From NCBI RefSeq assembly GCF_009914755.1, contig NC_060947.1: a DNA stretch of 64,000 nucleotides; one strand, given 5' to 3'. Positions within the stretch are counted from its first letter, which is position 1. Each line of letters begins with the position of its first letter. Below, one piece after another: positions 47,329 through 61,075 of this stretch. Position numbers and translations under genes: made by a program. The notes beneath the pieces are model-generated. The model was not told where the DNA came from and did not search any database. It saw only the letters and a list, made by a program, of their open reading frames with translations. This DNA comes from the human T2T-CHM13v2.0 reference genome, Homo sapiens.

Positions 47329-47329
<1 letters not shown>

Positions 47330-47391
<62 letters not shown>
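47330..47391. repeat. (CT)n(CA)n compound microsatellite
   Basis: Directly visible. Confidence 0.97.
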
Positions 47392-47392
<1 letters not shown>

Positions 47393-48919
47393 AAACAAGA
47401 TGATAGGCCCAGTCAATCAGCCACTTGCTCAAAAATCACATTGCAAGCATCATCCATTTTCTCCATTCTCTGGGAGATTGCTGCCTGGAGTTACATGTGG
47501 GCCCATCAGACCCACAGAAAGACCTAGTTAAGCCAGGCCCTGGAGTGAAGTGCTGAGTTGATGAAGGTTGAACAGAGCATCTGGGAAGGAAGGGCCAGTC
47601 CAATGGACAAGGGCTTGGCAATAGATGGCCCTTCTCTTGTTTCTATTGTAAATAGGTCCAAGATCTGCTCATGGCTCCTCTTTGCTGGGGACATTGTCTT
47701 CAGTGCCATCTGTATCTTCCTCCTAAGTCATGGGAAGGGGCTTTCCTCAGGTCAAGCCACAAGTGATAAGGAAAGTAGCTTGTCCACCTCTAGCTCTGTG
47801 GCCCAAGTGGTGGGAGATGGCCTGGAGTAGGGAGAAGCAACATGGCCTGCAGAGTCTGGCAGCCTGAGCCCTGGCCCCAGCTTTGCCCTGCCTTGCTCTT
47901 GGTTTTCCATAAGTCCCTGCCCCTCTGTGGGCCTTGGTTCCTCTAGCTTCAGATTAAGGGAGTTGGCCTTATCCCATCTCTGACCTCCCTTCCTGCTTGA
48001 ATCCTCCTTGTATCCAGGCCTATACTTCAAGCTCTATAATCAGGGAGTGGAAAGGCTTTCTGGTCAAGGTAGGAATTGTTCTGCCAGCCTGACTGAGAGT
48101 TTCGTGTCGGCCCTGGTGCCTGCTGCTGAGCTCTAACCATTTCATAACCCCAGATCAGAGACACTCATTCATTGTCCTTTGAGACAAATTCCAGGTGGGA
48201 AAAATATCATGCTTTAAAGCAGCCAAGCAGCAACTAGGCTCAAATCCATTTATTTACAAAGATTTTCCACCTCTTGGCCCATCTGCCTCTGAGTAACCTG
48301 AAGCACAACAAAGATGATATGTGTCCCAGCCCTGGATTTTGGGCTAAGCGTGCCTTAAAAATCTGCATCATACCTAGATTCCCTCCCAACTATAGCTCAA
48401 TCCTGAACAACCTCAGCTGTCCACAGATATTTGGCCCAAGGAAAGCCAAAATCTCAACAGTTAACTGTCTCACCCTAATCCTTCTCTATACATGTGAAAT
48501 CCCAGTTTAGAAAGGAAAAAATATTTATCACATTCTTGCATGGCCATTCTACACCAGATTGAGTGGGTGACAGGCAGGAAAACTGGAAAGGAAATGCCTG
48601 CAATATTTAGTTAATGTGGTCATCATATTTTATTTGGCTGCATCTCCCCAAATGCAAATAGAAATGTCCCACTTTATTTGCATGCAAGTCTTTTCTTCCA
48701 CAGAGGGAGAGATGGGAGAGCCGCCTCGAGTCCCGCAGTGATCTTGGAGCAGAGTGAGGCATTTGCTTGGACTTAGAGCAGTTGTACTGGGTTCCAGGTG
48801 GCTGGAGATGTGGTTTCTAGGACAAGGCCACATGTAAATACTTTATCTCGATCAAGAGCAGCTTGGAAAATACCACAATTCCGTTTTTCAGAAAATCATT
48901 TTGCTGGTACCTTTAACAG

Positions 48920-49130
48920 AATGGAAAGAGCAGCAGGCTTGGAATAGAATTACTGCAGTCAAATCTGAGTTCTAGCACTTGACCTTAGGTGAATGGCTTA
49001 GCTTCTTGGAGCCTCAGTTTCCTCCTTGGTAAAATGGGGTTAAAAGCCCTGCTCTACTGACCTCACTGGGATGTTACGAAGTGCCCATGGGAAAATGAAT
49101 GTGAAAGCTTTTGTCAACTGTTTTAGGAAC
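48920..49130 (+). mobile_element. MIR
   Basis: gagcctcagtttcctccttggtaaaatgggg core. Confidence 0.75.
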
Positions 49131-49299
49131 ATATTTTATTGTTGTTGTTATTGTTATTAAGTGAGGAGGCTAGAGAATGCCTATAGAGCAAAACCAGGCA
49201 ACAGTTCTGTTTTTAGGTGGCTTGGACTCAGAACAACCCATCTTATAGATGTGATTTGGAGCATATAGAATCATTCTTTTTTTGGTGGGGGGAGAGGTA

Positions 49300-49455
49300 A
49301 TCTTTTTTATTGTACTTTAAGTTCTGGAATACACGTGCAGAAAGTGCAGGTTTGTTACATAGGTATACATGTGCCATGGTAGTTTGCTGCACCCATCAAC
49401 CTGTCATCTACATTAGGTATTTCTTCTAATGCTATCCCCCCCAGCCCCCACCTCA
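49300..49455 (-). mobile_element. L1PA (PA7-like) 3' terminal fragment
   Basis: tactttaagttctggaatacacgtgcag...ctaatgctatccc. Confidence 0.85.
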
Positions 49456-50059
49456 GCTAGTTTCCCAACAAAAAAAGAGTCACCCAATCCAAAGGATCAA
49501 GGTGTTAATATGAAAACTGGCATATTTTCAATGGGCAAGATTTAAATATACAGGAAATTCATTTTTAGTTTTTTTAATCAAACTTTTATTAATTTTGAGA
49601 TCATTGTAGATTCACATGCAGTTGTAAGAAACAATACAAAGAGATCCAGTGTATACTTTACCCATTTTCCCCCAGTGGTAACTATGAATCATATCTTAAG
49701 GGCTTATGTTTTTCCTTTGTTAGGCTGCTGGGAATGCAGCCTGCTACCAGACCATGGTAGAAACCATTAGCTCTACAGAAACTTCACTTTGAGACTTCCC
49801 TTACCCTTTCTCTGGCATTTGGCTCCCTAGAAGGCATCTATCTCTCACATCCCCCTGGTCCTGATAAAACCTGGCATCCAAGATGCTGCCCAAATTGAAA
49901 ACGTTTTGGTAGTGCAGGTAGCACAGTTGCCACTGCCAAAATCTGGGCACCTTCCCATTCTCAAATTTCATTCTCTCACCCAACTGCCCTGTTTTCCATC
50001 ACTTCCTGGGGAGCTGGACCTCCTACACTTGACATTAAAGGCCTTTCCTAACTCATCTC

Positions 50060-50290
50060 TTCAGTGCAGAGCAGTGGAAAAGATGGTTGGCTGTAGATAT
50101 AAGCAAATCTGGTTTTGAATGCCAGCTCTATCTCATACTCATATATGACCTTGGACAATTACTTCACCTTTCTTTCTGAGCTTCTGTTTACTCATCCATC
50201 AAAGGAAGATAATAATGCCTCACAGAGCTGTTGCAAGGATTGAAGAGATAACAATAAATGCAGAGCATCTGGCCCAGTGCTTAACCATCG
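50060..50290 (+). mobile_element. MIR
   Basis: gaccttggacaattacttcacc...gttgcaaggattgaa. Confidence 0.75.
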
Positions 50291-51049
50291 TGGCTGCCTA
50301 GTTGTCAGTGGCTGTGAGCACTGCAGTGCAAGTCTATCATGCACAGTCTGGCCCCATCCAGATTTGGTCTTTGCTATTATACCGTGACTCTCTCTGAGCC
50401 TTTGCTTTGACTTCATGCCTTTATTTATGCTCGTCCCTATACCTGAGACATCTTTTCCTTTATCATGTTTGCGTATCTAAAATCAGATCTATAATTCAAG
50501 GCCCAGCTCAGAGGAAGCCCTTCTGGCCCCCAGCCTGCTGTGATCACTTCACCCTCCCTTGTGGTGCCCATCACCCTCTCCTTTGTCTCAGCATGGCCAC
50601 AGCTACTCTGGTTGCTCAAGAGACTGAGCTCCTTGAGGATAGGCTCAGGGTCCGCTTCACCTCAGAGTACAGGGCTTGATATAGAGCAGCAGCTATGGCA
50701 GGATCCATGGGTGTGGGGTCACACTTGAAGCTCTGTAGAAGATAGACTTTCCAGCATTTGACTAGATCATACTGGCCCTGCTTCCCTGAGTGCCAGGGCA
50801 CCCCTGCCCCATAAAGGCCAGGTGGCACCTGGGCCCCTGCTAGCAGAGTATCTAAGTTTGGATCGTAAGAAGCTACCTCATGTTCATCTACCTAGAAACA
50901 GACCCACAGGTGGTTCCATTTGGGGAAGCCAATAGCTATGAGGAGAACCTTCTCCCGATATTTCAACACCTTGAATCAGCAAGGGCTCCATCTTTCTGTG
51001 TTGCTTTGAAGTTTAGACTCAAACTGAGACAGCCCAAGAATAGGGAGAT

Positions 51050-51240
51050 AAGCTATGTGGCAATCCAGGACTTTGGGGTCAGGGAGTCCTGGGAGGAATC
51101 CTGTCTCCCCCTCCTTACTAGCTGTGTGATCTTGGGTGAGTCACTTCACCCTTCTGTCAAGTGTTTCTGAGGAGTAAATGGGAAGGGTCAGGCACAGGGT
51201 GGGTTACATTGGGAACACTCAATAAAGGTTCATTATTGGG
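51050..51240 (+). mobile_element. MIR
   Basis: cttactagctgtgtgatcttgggtgagtcacttcacc. Confidence 0.7.
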
Positions 51241-52419
51241 CTAGTGCTATCTGTCCTATCACCATAGAGGGCACTGCAGTGAAGGTGAGCATTTCTTGGG
51301 CCCCATTTAGGGGAATTTATATTCTGAAATACAAAAGCATTTCATCACAATGCAACCTTGCCCATGAGCCTATCCTGAAATATGAACCCTGAGAAGAGTA
51401 GTTCAGAGATGCCCTTGGAAATAGTGGCTATTACTGAGGACGTGTTGACATGAGGTGAGTTTGCAACTATCCCATTTAGTACTCTGGTGAAGGCTGTGCA
51501 CTGGGATCTCATCAGTGTGTAAGGAAAGTGTGTTTCTTCCAGGAAGAGCTGCTTTTGACCAGTGTGATTGAGTAGCGATTGGAGGTGTTGAGGAGGATTT
51601 GGTGACAAGTGCTCCATTAAATCTGACTTAGGAACAGTCTCCACAGAGCTTCCATTTAATACTTAATGCTTTGTTCTCTGTAGCTTTGGGGGATCAGTTT
51701 TCACTCCCTTGGCAGTAACATGGATGAGCTCAATTGTGGGCCGCACTGCGTCTTTGGCCCCTTTATGGGGCTACAGAGACAGGTCCTTTCAAAAGCTGCT
51801 GAGAAGGCCTGGACGTTGCCAAAAGTGGTGAGGACAACGTGGGTGTGGCTTGTTCAGGGGCTCATCTGGTGGGTCAGCATGGCAATAGGTGCTCGGGACA
51901 CTGGAAGTCTGGTGCTTGGTGATACATTGCCAGATGCCAAGTCATTCACATCAAAAGGCTGTCAGCAGCTGGGGAGAGAGGGGTTTGTCTCTCTGATGGA
52001 GGCCACACTAAAGCAGAGCAGGGAAACAGGACCTGATCCAAACACATTGGGGCTTAAGGCAGGGACCCAGGTCCAGCAAGGAGCTGGAATGCTCAGCACA
52101 GAAAACAAGGCACAGCCCACCTATATGGACTTGGCCAACATGGTGGCAGCAGTAAAGACTATTTCTCTATAGGCACAGGGTCACAGGGCTCCCCCAGCTG
52201 CACCAGCTGCTGGCTCTAGGGCAGCAAGATAGAGGCTACTGGGTGGGCCCTGTCAGGTATATCGTAAGGCCAAGACTGAGACTGTGGGTAGAGGCCTTAA
52301 GCCTGGCAGTGAGAGGTGGGCGCTGGCAGGGACTGAGGCAGATTGGCTGACCCATTCCTGTCTTAGTCCTTTGTTTATTTTCACTTGGACACCATATTGA
52401 AGGTTACTTGGCTACTTTA

Positions 52420-52660
52420 TTCCTCATTCACTCAACCAATATTTATTTACTGGGCACCTGCTGCTCCAGTCAGGCCCTCTGCTCTATTCTGAGAAGACTA
52501 GTGACACTGATACCATGGTTCTCTCCTTACAGGCCTCACTCCTACTGGGGTTGGCCAACAAGCAAACAGACAATTAGAATGCAGTGTGGTAAGGGCAATG
52601 GTAGAGTATGCACTGGGCAACACTGGAGCCCAGCGGAGGATGCCCGACCTACAGAGGCAT
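52420..52660 (-). mobile_element. L2 3' fragment
   Basis: ctcattcactcaaccaatatttatttactgggcacctg tail. Confidence 0.65.
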
Positions 52661-54775
52661 CTTCCTGGAGGCAAGAGAAAGCTCGCCACTGGGCGCACTT
52701 CTGGCCACAATGCAGTAGTGACATCTGTCTCTGCCTCCTTCAACAAGGACTGTCTTCTCAAATACATAATTTATTTGGTTGGGGGTGGCAGGTGGCACTG
52801 CATGTCAGAGCAAAGTGAAGGAAATTCTAGGCTCCTTACCAGGGCTGGTCTGAGTTAACTCCCACAGCGGGGACCAGGAAGTAAGCCCAAACACTCAGAC
52901 AAGTAACTGATAATTTAAAAACTGTCTGTCATTAAGGATTAGCTCTGACACAGGCCAGAAACTAGCAGGCTGGATAAGAGCCTTGGAGGGAAAAGCAGAA
53001 ATAGCCACCTTCACTTGGGGCCTGGGAATTTTCTCCAAGTTGGCAGCAAATCCTCTTGGGAAAATTAAACTCACAGGGAGGCCTAGGCATCTTTTCTCTC
53101 TGAGGTGAGGGGGATTTTTCCTTCAGTGAAGGATATGCCAAGGCCCTAAGTCCTCCTGAGAGATAAGATTTCTTTTCTAAACATCAAGGGATTGAGGATT
53201 TTATTCCATAGTGGGATGGAGAATGGCAAGCATGGCTTGCTTGGGACTGAGGACCACAGGGCCCAGGAATTTCAGCCCAGAAAAGGACAGTGATGCCCTG
53301 GAGCTCAGAACCTGTGGAGAAACAGCATCACTAGGGAAGCTCAGCACCAAAGGAAAGGCATTGCCATCTCCTGCCATAGAGGATGGTTACAGCACAGGAA
53401 AAAAAAATCACCAATGGCAATAATGGAAACCACTAGTGGGAATGGTTGTTTTTGCTTTTAAAAATGGTTCCACAAGCATTAGGAAGAAGATTATACTGCA
53501 CCAGAATTCATGGTTGGGAAAAGAGGAGGCAGCTCTCAGTGGCTTTCTGGCCTCTTTCCATCCTGAAATGTCCTATTTTTCTGCATAGAGTAAGGAACTG
53601 TGCTTGTCCCCCTCCCTTTTGCTTCCCCCCGTTTCGCTTTGTTCCAGTTTCATAAAGCCATCGTGAGGAGCTGCGACCTTGGGTCGGCCCTAGGAATCGT
53701 GCACACCTCTGCAGCTGTCTGCTCTCTAGGCTCTTCTGCTGGTTGATCTGGCTGGCAGGACTCTGAGTGTTAACCCCTTCCTAGGCCAGTGCTGTTATTT
53801 GTAGGACAGCTCAAAGGTGCTCCCACTGAAGAACTTCCAGTTGCTAACCACAGGAAAGACTGAGATTGACAAAATCCCTCTGAGCCCAACCCTGTCTCTC
53901 CTGTTATCACTATGCAAGTTTTACAGATGAATATAAGGAAGCCCAGGACCATGAAGATGAGGGTACCCCCTAAAGGCCAGTGGGACCAGTCTGCACTGGC
54001 ATCTCTTAGTATTTTCACATATGGTTGTTGATTGCAGAGCAACATGCTGGCCTCAGCCTACAGTGTAGAGCAGACTAAGACCCCTTATTTTCCCCAAGCT
54101 CATACTAACTTTTCCAAAGGATATTTCTTAGAAAATAAGGACAAAGTAGACAATCAGAAAATTATGTTGAACATGTAAGATTTGCCTCTAAAGTAATGGG
54201 ATGCATCTGTGTTCGTCCTGGAGTGGTGGAAAGAGTGATAAATTAGGAAGCAAAAAAAGTCTTGAGTTCAGCCCTCCCGTTTGCTTTGGCCTAGGTATGT
54301 GACCTTGAGGAAGCTGGTTACCCTCATTGGTCCTCAGTTACCCCATTAATAAAGGGGCAATAAAGCATCTAGCCACAGGTTTGTTGAGAATGAAATAAGG
54401 GATATGGCATTGCTGGGAAATAGTGGCCGGCTCACCGTTGTTAAATATTCCAACCTGAGTTTTAAGTGAATGTTTGAGAGTGTTCCTTCAGAGCTGGCCA
54501 GCCATTCCTGGAACAGCTTTTTATCATTTGAGGGTGGCTTTTATTCTCAATAGCCCAAAAGCTTTCTGAGAGAATGTGGAGAAGGTGGATGGTTAAACCA
54601 GGGAAGTGTGGATTTGGCTCCAATGGGTGGTGGTATACATAAATTGTCTCTAAGGGCCACTTCCACAGCCCCATCGGGTTTGAGCAACAGCAGCTTTAGG
54701 AAAGTGTGTAAAGCCTCTCAAGGGGACTACTTTCAAGGGAGATATTTCCTTGGTGGTATAGATTTTGTTTCTTTT

Positions 54776-55165
54776 TGAAATATATATATATATATATATA
54801 TTATATACTTTAAGTTCTAGGGTACATGTGCACAACGTGCAGGTTTGTTACATATGTATACATGTGTCATGTTGGTGTGTTGCACCCATTAACTCGTCAT
54901 TTACATTAGGTATATCTCCTAATGCTATCCCTCCCCGCTACCCCCACCCAACAACAAGTCCCGGTGTGTGATGTTCCCCTTCCTGTGTCCTAGTATTCTC
55001 ATTGTTCAGTTCCCACCTATGAGTGAGAACATGCGGTGTTTGGTTTTTTGTCCTTGCGATAGTTTGCTGAGAATGATGGTTTCCAGCTTCATTCATGTAG
55101 GGACATGAACTCATCCTTTTTTATGGCTGCATAGTATTCCATGGTGTATATGTGCCACATTTTCT
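54776..55165 (-). mobile_element. L1PA5-like 3' fragment with (TA)n tail
   Basis: Perfect 19-bp TSD tatagattttgtttctttt (54757-54775, 55166-55184). Confidence 0.92.
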
Positions 55166-55715
55166 TATAGATTTTGTTTCTTTTGCTTAAAAAGTCTCAG
55201 TATTGTGACAGTTCCCCTGTAAATGAGCATCTATATAAATGCCTAGTAACTGCCTCTAGGGTTGCTTCTAGTTCTGTTCTAGTCATGCTTAGTTCCAGTT
55301 ATGATTCTACTTCTGGGAATAGGAGTGTGATGATATGAGCTTGCTCAATAGCAATTTGAGCAAGGTAGTGGGCAGAATAGCAAACAACAACAACAACAAA
55401 ATGCTTTACTCTTCCCCTGTGGGTAAGTACTGTTATCATCCCTATTTTGCAGATGAGGGGACTGAAGCACAGAAATGTGAAGTGATTTTCCCAGTGTCAC
55501 ACAGCAGCTAAGAAGTGTCAGAGCCTGGATGCAAATTCAGGGAACCTAGTTCCAGAGTTCGTTCTGTGCTCTATTGGAAGGGGTCTTAGGAGCCAAGTGT
55601 TCCAGAATGCTCTTGTTCAATAAAATGGATGAGAGCACTGATTGCCCAGACCAGAATCTCTCTCTGCCTGAGTGCTGCCAGTTGAATCTGGAAAACACAA
55701 CAGCTCTGAGGGAGA

Positions 55716-56104
55716 TGTAGTGCATTGAGTGGGATCCCTCCCCAAAAGATATGTTCACCCAGAAACTGTGAATGTGACCTTATTTGGAAAAGGGGTCTTT
55801 GCAGATGTAATTAAGTATTTCCAGATGATATCGTCCTGGATGTAGGGTGGGCCCTAAATCCAATGGCATGTATCCTTGTGGAACACAGAAGAGAAAAAGA
55901 CACGCAGAGGAGAAGGCAATGTAAAAATGAAGGTAGAAACTGAAGCACTGTGGCTAGGAACACCAAAGATTGCTGACAGTCACCAGAAGCTAGGAGAAAG
56001 CCATGGAACAGATTCTATTCCAGAGCCTTCAGAGAATAAATTTCTGCTGTCATAAGCCAGCCTGTTTGTGACAATTTGTATGACATCCCTGGAAAACTCA
56101 TGCA
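55716..56104 (+). mobile_element. MLT1B/C-like solo LTR
   Basis: ccaaaagatatgttcac...gtgaatgtgaccttatttggaaaaggggtctttgcagatgtaattaag. Confidence 0.85.
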
Positions 56105-58149
56105 GAGAATGAACCCCCATAAGGAGTCTTGATGTACTATTGCTTTTCAGAAGCAACTGAGGGGTCGGGGTCAGGGTCAGTATGGGAGTGAATATCAATG
56201 CCACCAACTCTTTGGAAGTGGCAGAGAGAGGGATAGAGGGGAAAATTGGCTCCTTCCAGGCCCACAGCCCTATTCAATCAGAGGCTTCCAGCTCAGTGCT
56301 CGGAGGCCATCATAAGTGGCAGAAACATCTGTGTGCTGAGTTGCTCAAGAGGGGCCTTGGTTCCCAGCGGTATCCAGGAAACCCCAAGAGTGGCCAGTCA
56401 TAATGGCCCTCAAGAGGGCTCCTGCATTTCGATTAATTTACCTCTCAGCTCACTTGAGCTGTATTTCATCCATTCTGATGTATTTTGTTTTGTACCTGAT
56501 AAAATGAAGATAAAATGGGATGGAGAGAGACTGAAGATGGGAGAGAAGTATATTTGTTTGTTTGCTGAGCATTTTAACATTGTTGGCATTAGCATTGCTC
56601 TTGCCTTGAGACATATTTAGAACAAGGGTCTTTGATTGATGCTCTCAAGACATCAGGGCAACAGAAAGTACATTGGTCCTCTACTAATTTTAGCCCTCTT
56701 TCCTAGGCGCTATGATTCTGACTCAAAGGCTGAGCTAATGCTAGCTGCTGTGTGGTTGGAGATGGCAAAAGGATGGCCAGAAGTCCAGGAATTTGAAGCC
56801 CAGACATCTGGGACTTGGCTCTGACTCCTCACCCTTGAAATGCCCATAGAACTTTTGGGGTCTAAAACTCTTGTTCACACTTGAGAAAACAGGCCCTGAG
56901 GGATGCAGGGACCTGCCCCCAGGCTGTGCACTTTGCTCACTGCCAACCTGGGACTGGATCACAGGACTCTTTCCGACCCATGTTGCCAGTCAGCCTTACA
57001 TCCCTTTCCTGGTCATCATGAGAAGCCAGAGGATGGGCAAGCCTACTAAGTTCTTTTTCCAGCTACAAGTCTTCTGTCCTTCCTTGGAACCTCCTGCCTA
57101 GCGCTTTGCTGTTCCTGGGAAACTGTGACCATATTCCACTTGGTTATTTAGGCTCCTGTCTTGTCTCCTCTGCTAGACCACAAGGCTCAAGGTCAGGGCC
57201 TAAGCCTGATGTACCTCTATATTCTCCCTTCTTCTTTCAGGGCCCAGCCAGGGACTGGCATGGAGTAAAAGTTCAGCACATGCTTATTGAATAAATGAAT
57301 GAATGAAAGATAACAGATATATAACAGTAAGAAATCTTTTGTGCTCAATTACATATTAAGAGTGAATTAGAATGGACTCATTTTTATACTAAATTACACT
57401 AGAATTACATTAGAATTTCAGATTTTAACAGAGAAGAAATTACAAATTTATGCATTTTCATTTGTCTGTGATGGCTAAACCCCCAGAATTAAAGGCAAGA
57501 CGGTAACCTAATGTTGTCATTCTGTTTTCCCCCTGTTCTCTTGCTGCTGGACATATTGGTGAGACTATCAGTGTTTTGAAATAACATTTTGAAATACATG
57601 TCATTTGAAATACATGTCAAATTTTATGTGAGTCCATAAAGTTATGTCCCAGCTTTTTTTCTTTCCTTTCTGCTCTCACATTGTGTGGTTAATGCACCCT
57701 TTGACTGTATTGGAGGAGCAAAGTTCATTAAATGACATGAGCCCCCCTACCTAGCTAGTTTCATGGATACATGTGCTTGGCCAGTTCTGCTGAGTGCACC
57801 TGGAACAGATCCCAGGGGCGATGCCACCCTGGGTGTGGCAGGCTAGATGTGGGACAGCCTTCAGTGTGGCCTTGGGGCAGGAGAAGGCAGTGACCATGGG
57901 GGGGGAATACATCATGAAAGGGTTTATGTCAGGTAGGGTGAGCAGAGGAGAGGCCCCCATCCAGAAAACCCCACTAGGGCAGGGTCAATGGGGGCTATGC
58001 CCTGGAACTCATGTCTAGCCTTCCTGCATCCCCACAGTTTTTGGTAAAGCAGTTTAACAACCATGCCTGGCACTGGAGAATCAGTAGTTAGGAAGCAGTA
58101 CAGCAGAGACAGTTAAGAGGGGAGGCCCGGGAGCCAGGTGGCAGGGCTC

Positions 58150-58510
58150 CCAGTCTCCATTGCCACATTTCCTATCCAAGAGATCTTGGGCAAGTTACTC
58201 AGTGTCTCTGAGCTCAGTCCCTGTTCTGTAAGCTGGAGACTAAATAGTGTCCTGCCATATAGGCATTTAATCTCTGTGCACACCTGGCACAGACCCTGGC
58301 CCATGAGAGGCACCCTGTATGTATATCTTGTGACACAGGTGGTGGTGAATGGCAGGGGTGCTCAGCATGGTGGGAATAGCAACAGCTTCTTATGAAGTAC
58401 TTTGTCGGTGGCAGGCAGTATGATTGCCCTCCTCTAACCCTTGAGGAAACTGAGGCTCGGGAAAATTAGATGACTTGCTAGGGGTCACATGGCCACATCC
58501 TAGGGCTGTT
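58150..58510. mobile_element. Two MIR fragments
   Basis: gatcttgggcaagttactc (+) and gaggaaactgaggctc (-). Confidence 0.65.
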
Positions 58511-60514
58511 GGAAGGATCCAGTAAAGTAACAATGGCCATAAAAACCAGGCCCCCAACACTTCCTTCCTTGTTCCTTCCTCTTCCAAGCCATCCAGAAGA
58601 GCAGAACTGCAGACAGGCTGCACCTCCAGCCTGCTACTTAGCTGATCTTGAATCTTACCAGGGCTTGAGGAAAGATTTTCCTAAGAAGGGACACTCTGCA
58701 GGCTGTTGGTGAACTATGTGGATCATCAGTCAGCAAGATGTCATTCCTGGGACTATAAATTGTATTTGTTTGCAGAAGGGAAAAATTATACTTAGCAAAT
58801 CTTTAATGTCACATTGACTGAAACCAGCCAAGTATCTGGCTTAACACATTCTTCCCATTCTTCCCCTCCCACTGGCCTTCCTGGGGAAGGGGGTTTGGAA
58901 GCATTTACTAGGCCACAGAAAATCTGAACAGAGTCTGGAGAAGAGACAGGGGAGTCATGAAGGCCTTTGGTGAGGGGATGGGGGTTTTGTGGCTGCCAAG
59001 TATTGTTAGGTTATGAGTGTACCTTCCAGAACCAAGCTGGGATTTGTCTGGTATTTAAGGTGGGGTTCCTTTGAAGAGATAAATCAGGGCAGGTTGAAAG
59101 TTGGGGGAGGAAAGCCTAGCAGGAGGGAGGCCACATTGTCAGTCCAGTGAGAGAGACTTAGCCTCCTCCTATACAAGCAAAGGGGACAGGAGGGCTACTC
59201 CCAGGCCCCTTCCTCTCTGATAAGTCATGATTTTGTGCACTAGTTAGCAAGCCAGGGAAGATTAGTCTGTGCAGTACCCACCATCCTCCTCCTGACTCTG
59301 ACAGCCCCTATTGCCTCTCTGCTGGTATGTCCTCTAGCCTCCCTGTCTCTGTTTCCTCATCTTCAAAGTAGTCTAAGTTAAGTTTGTTAAAATCAGCTTC
59401 TTTTTGGAAACTCCCTAGAGGTGGAAGAAAACAAGGAGGAACTCTGCTGAGCTATGAAGTTAACTTAGGAGGCAGGAGGTGGTACTGGTTGATAACCTAA
59501 ACATGTTGAAATGAAGGGGAGGTTGGGCCAGGGCAGGCAACTGGCTTGTCCCGCCAAGGCATCAACCTTGAAGTTTCCTTGTCCTCCTACCTTGCCACAT
59601 CAAGGCCCCTCTGCCCTTGGTGATTGCCTGCACACCCAGAATGCAGCATGCAGAGACCACTCCATTTGTCATGGGACCATAGCCAATTTAGGCAAATCTG
59701 TTAACCTTTCCTTGTAATTCCCAGGAGCACTGAGGAATTGTTCGGGGATGATATCCTTGGATGCACTTCAGACTTCATGGATTTTATGTTCTCTCTGATA
59801 TTTCTTGTATCAGGGAGCTGAGAGGAATTGGTCTCTGAACTGATATTAATTTCTTTGTTTATTTCAAGTCCAGACAAAGAAGAGCACTGATTGGCCCTGT
59901 CCTCACAAAGCTGCAGAAGGTATTTGGCACAACCTCAAATCTGGGAGGGGCCTACCAGTTCCAAAATCCTATGTCCAGTTCAGGAATCCCCTTTCAAGAA
60001 TTAATTTTGTGTTTAAATATCTCTAGGAACATGCTGCTCACTTCTTCCTAAGGCACCTGTGCCAGTTTCAGACAGTGCCAATCATTTGGAAAGTTTTCCT
60101 TCTTCTGAGCTGAAATTTATCTCCCCAAAATGTCTAACCCACATAGTCCTGGATCTGTCCTCTGTATGCACTTTCCAAATACGGCTACCATGGACCCCTC
60201 ATCTTCTTGTCTCAGGGCTTATCATTAATTCGTCTTATGTCGTGATTCCAAGACCCTTCACCATCCTGTTCTCCCTCTGTTTTTTACCAGTTTCTTCCCA
60301 TATATCTCATTCTGTAACCCATCTGGAATAAATTAGATTGTTCAGGGAGAGGTAAAGATTTAAGTGAATCTCCCTTCAGGTTAACATCCATACTCCCCCA
60401 GAGTACTTGCTAAATAAGCTTTCATTTCCCTGTGGTTTTCTTTTACCAGGTTTGGTTCTATTTCTAAAATAGATTTCACACGTAGCTTTACCTTTCCTTT
60501 TTAACCCCAGATTC

Positions 60515-61075
60515 TGTATCTTTTTTTTTTTTTGTGGATGCTGTAACAAAGTACCACAAACTTAGTGGCTTAAAGCAACACACATTTATCATCTTTCAAT
60601 TCTGGAGGTCAGAAGTCTAAAATGGGTCTCACGAGGCTAAAGTCAAAGTGTTGGCAGGGATGCAGTCCTTCTGGAGTCTCTAAGAGAGAGCCCATTTCTT
60701 TGCTTTTTCTGGCTTCTAGAGGCTGCCCCCATTCCTTGGTTTGTGGCCCCTTCCTCCATCTTCAAGGCAAGTACCATAGCATCTTCAGATTTCAATTACC
60801 CCCACGCTTGCTGACTCTCTCTGACTCTGCTTCCATCATGACATCACCTACTCTTACTCTGACCCTCCCTTATGCCTCCTGCTTTTACTTATAAGAACCC
60901 TGAATCCAGGGTTACATTGGACCCACCTGGATAATCCAGAATGATCTCATTCCAACGTATAAATCCAAAATATAAATCTGCCAAGTCCCTTTTTCCTTGT
61001 AAGGTCACATATTCACAGGTTCCAAGGATTAGGACGTGGACATCTTTGGGAGGGACTGTTATTCTGCCTACCTCA
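60515..61075 (-). mobile_element. MLT1D/E-like solo LTR
   Basis: gctgtaacaaagtaccacaaacttagtggcttaaa...attctgcctac. Confidence 0.85.

Noticed and set aside
47188-47531. His/Thr- and Cys/Val-repeat ORFs
   Set aside because: Translations of the (CT)n(CA)n microsatellite.
50810-52800. CTCF-like motifs (ccaggtggcac, tagagggcac, gcaggtggcac)
   Set aside because: Only the 3' half of the consensus matches.
55095-55110. catgtagggacatg micro-rearrangement in the L1PA 3' fragment
   Set aside because: Local template switch at a quasi-palindrome of the L1 consensus; no functional implication.
57588-57619. 16-bp tandem duplication tttgaaatacatgtca
   Set aside because: Ordinary slippage duplication.
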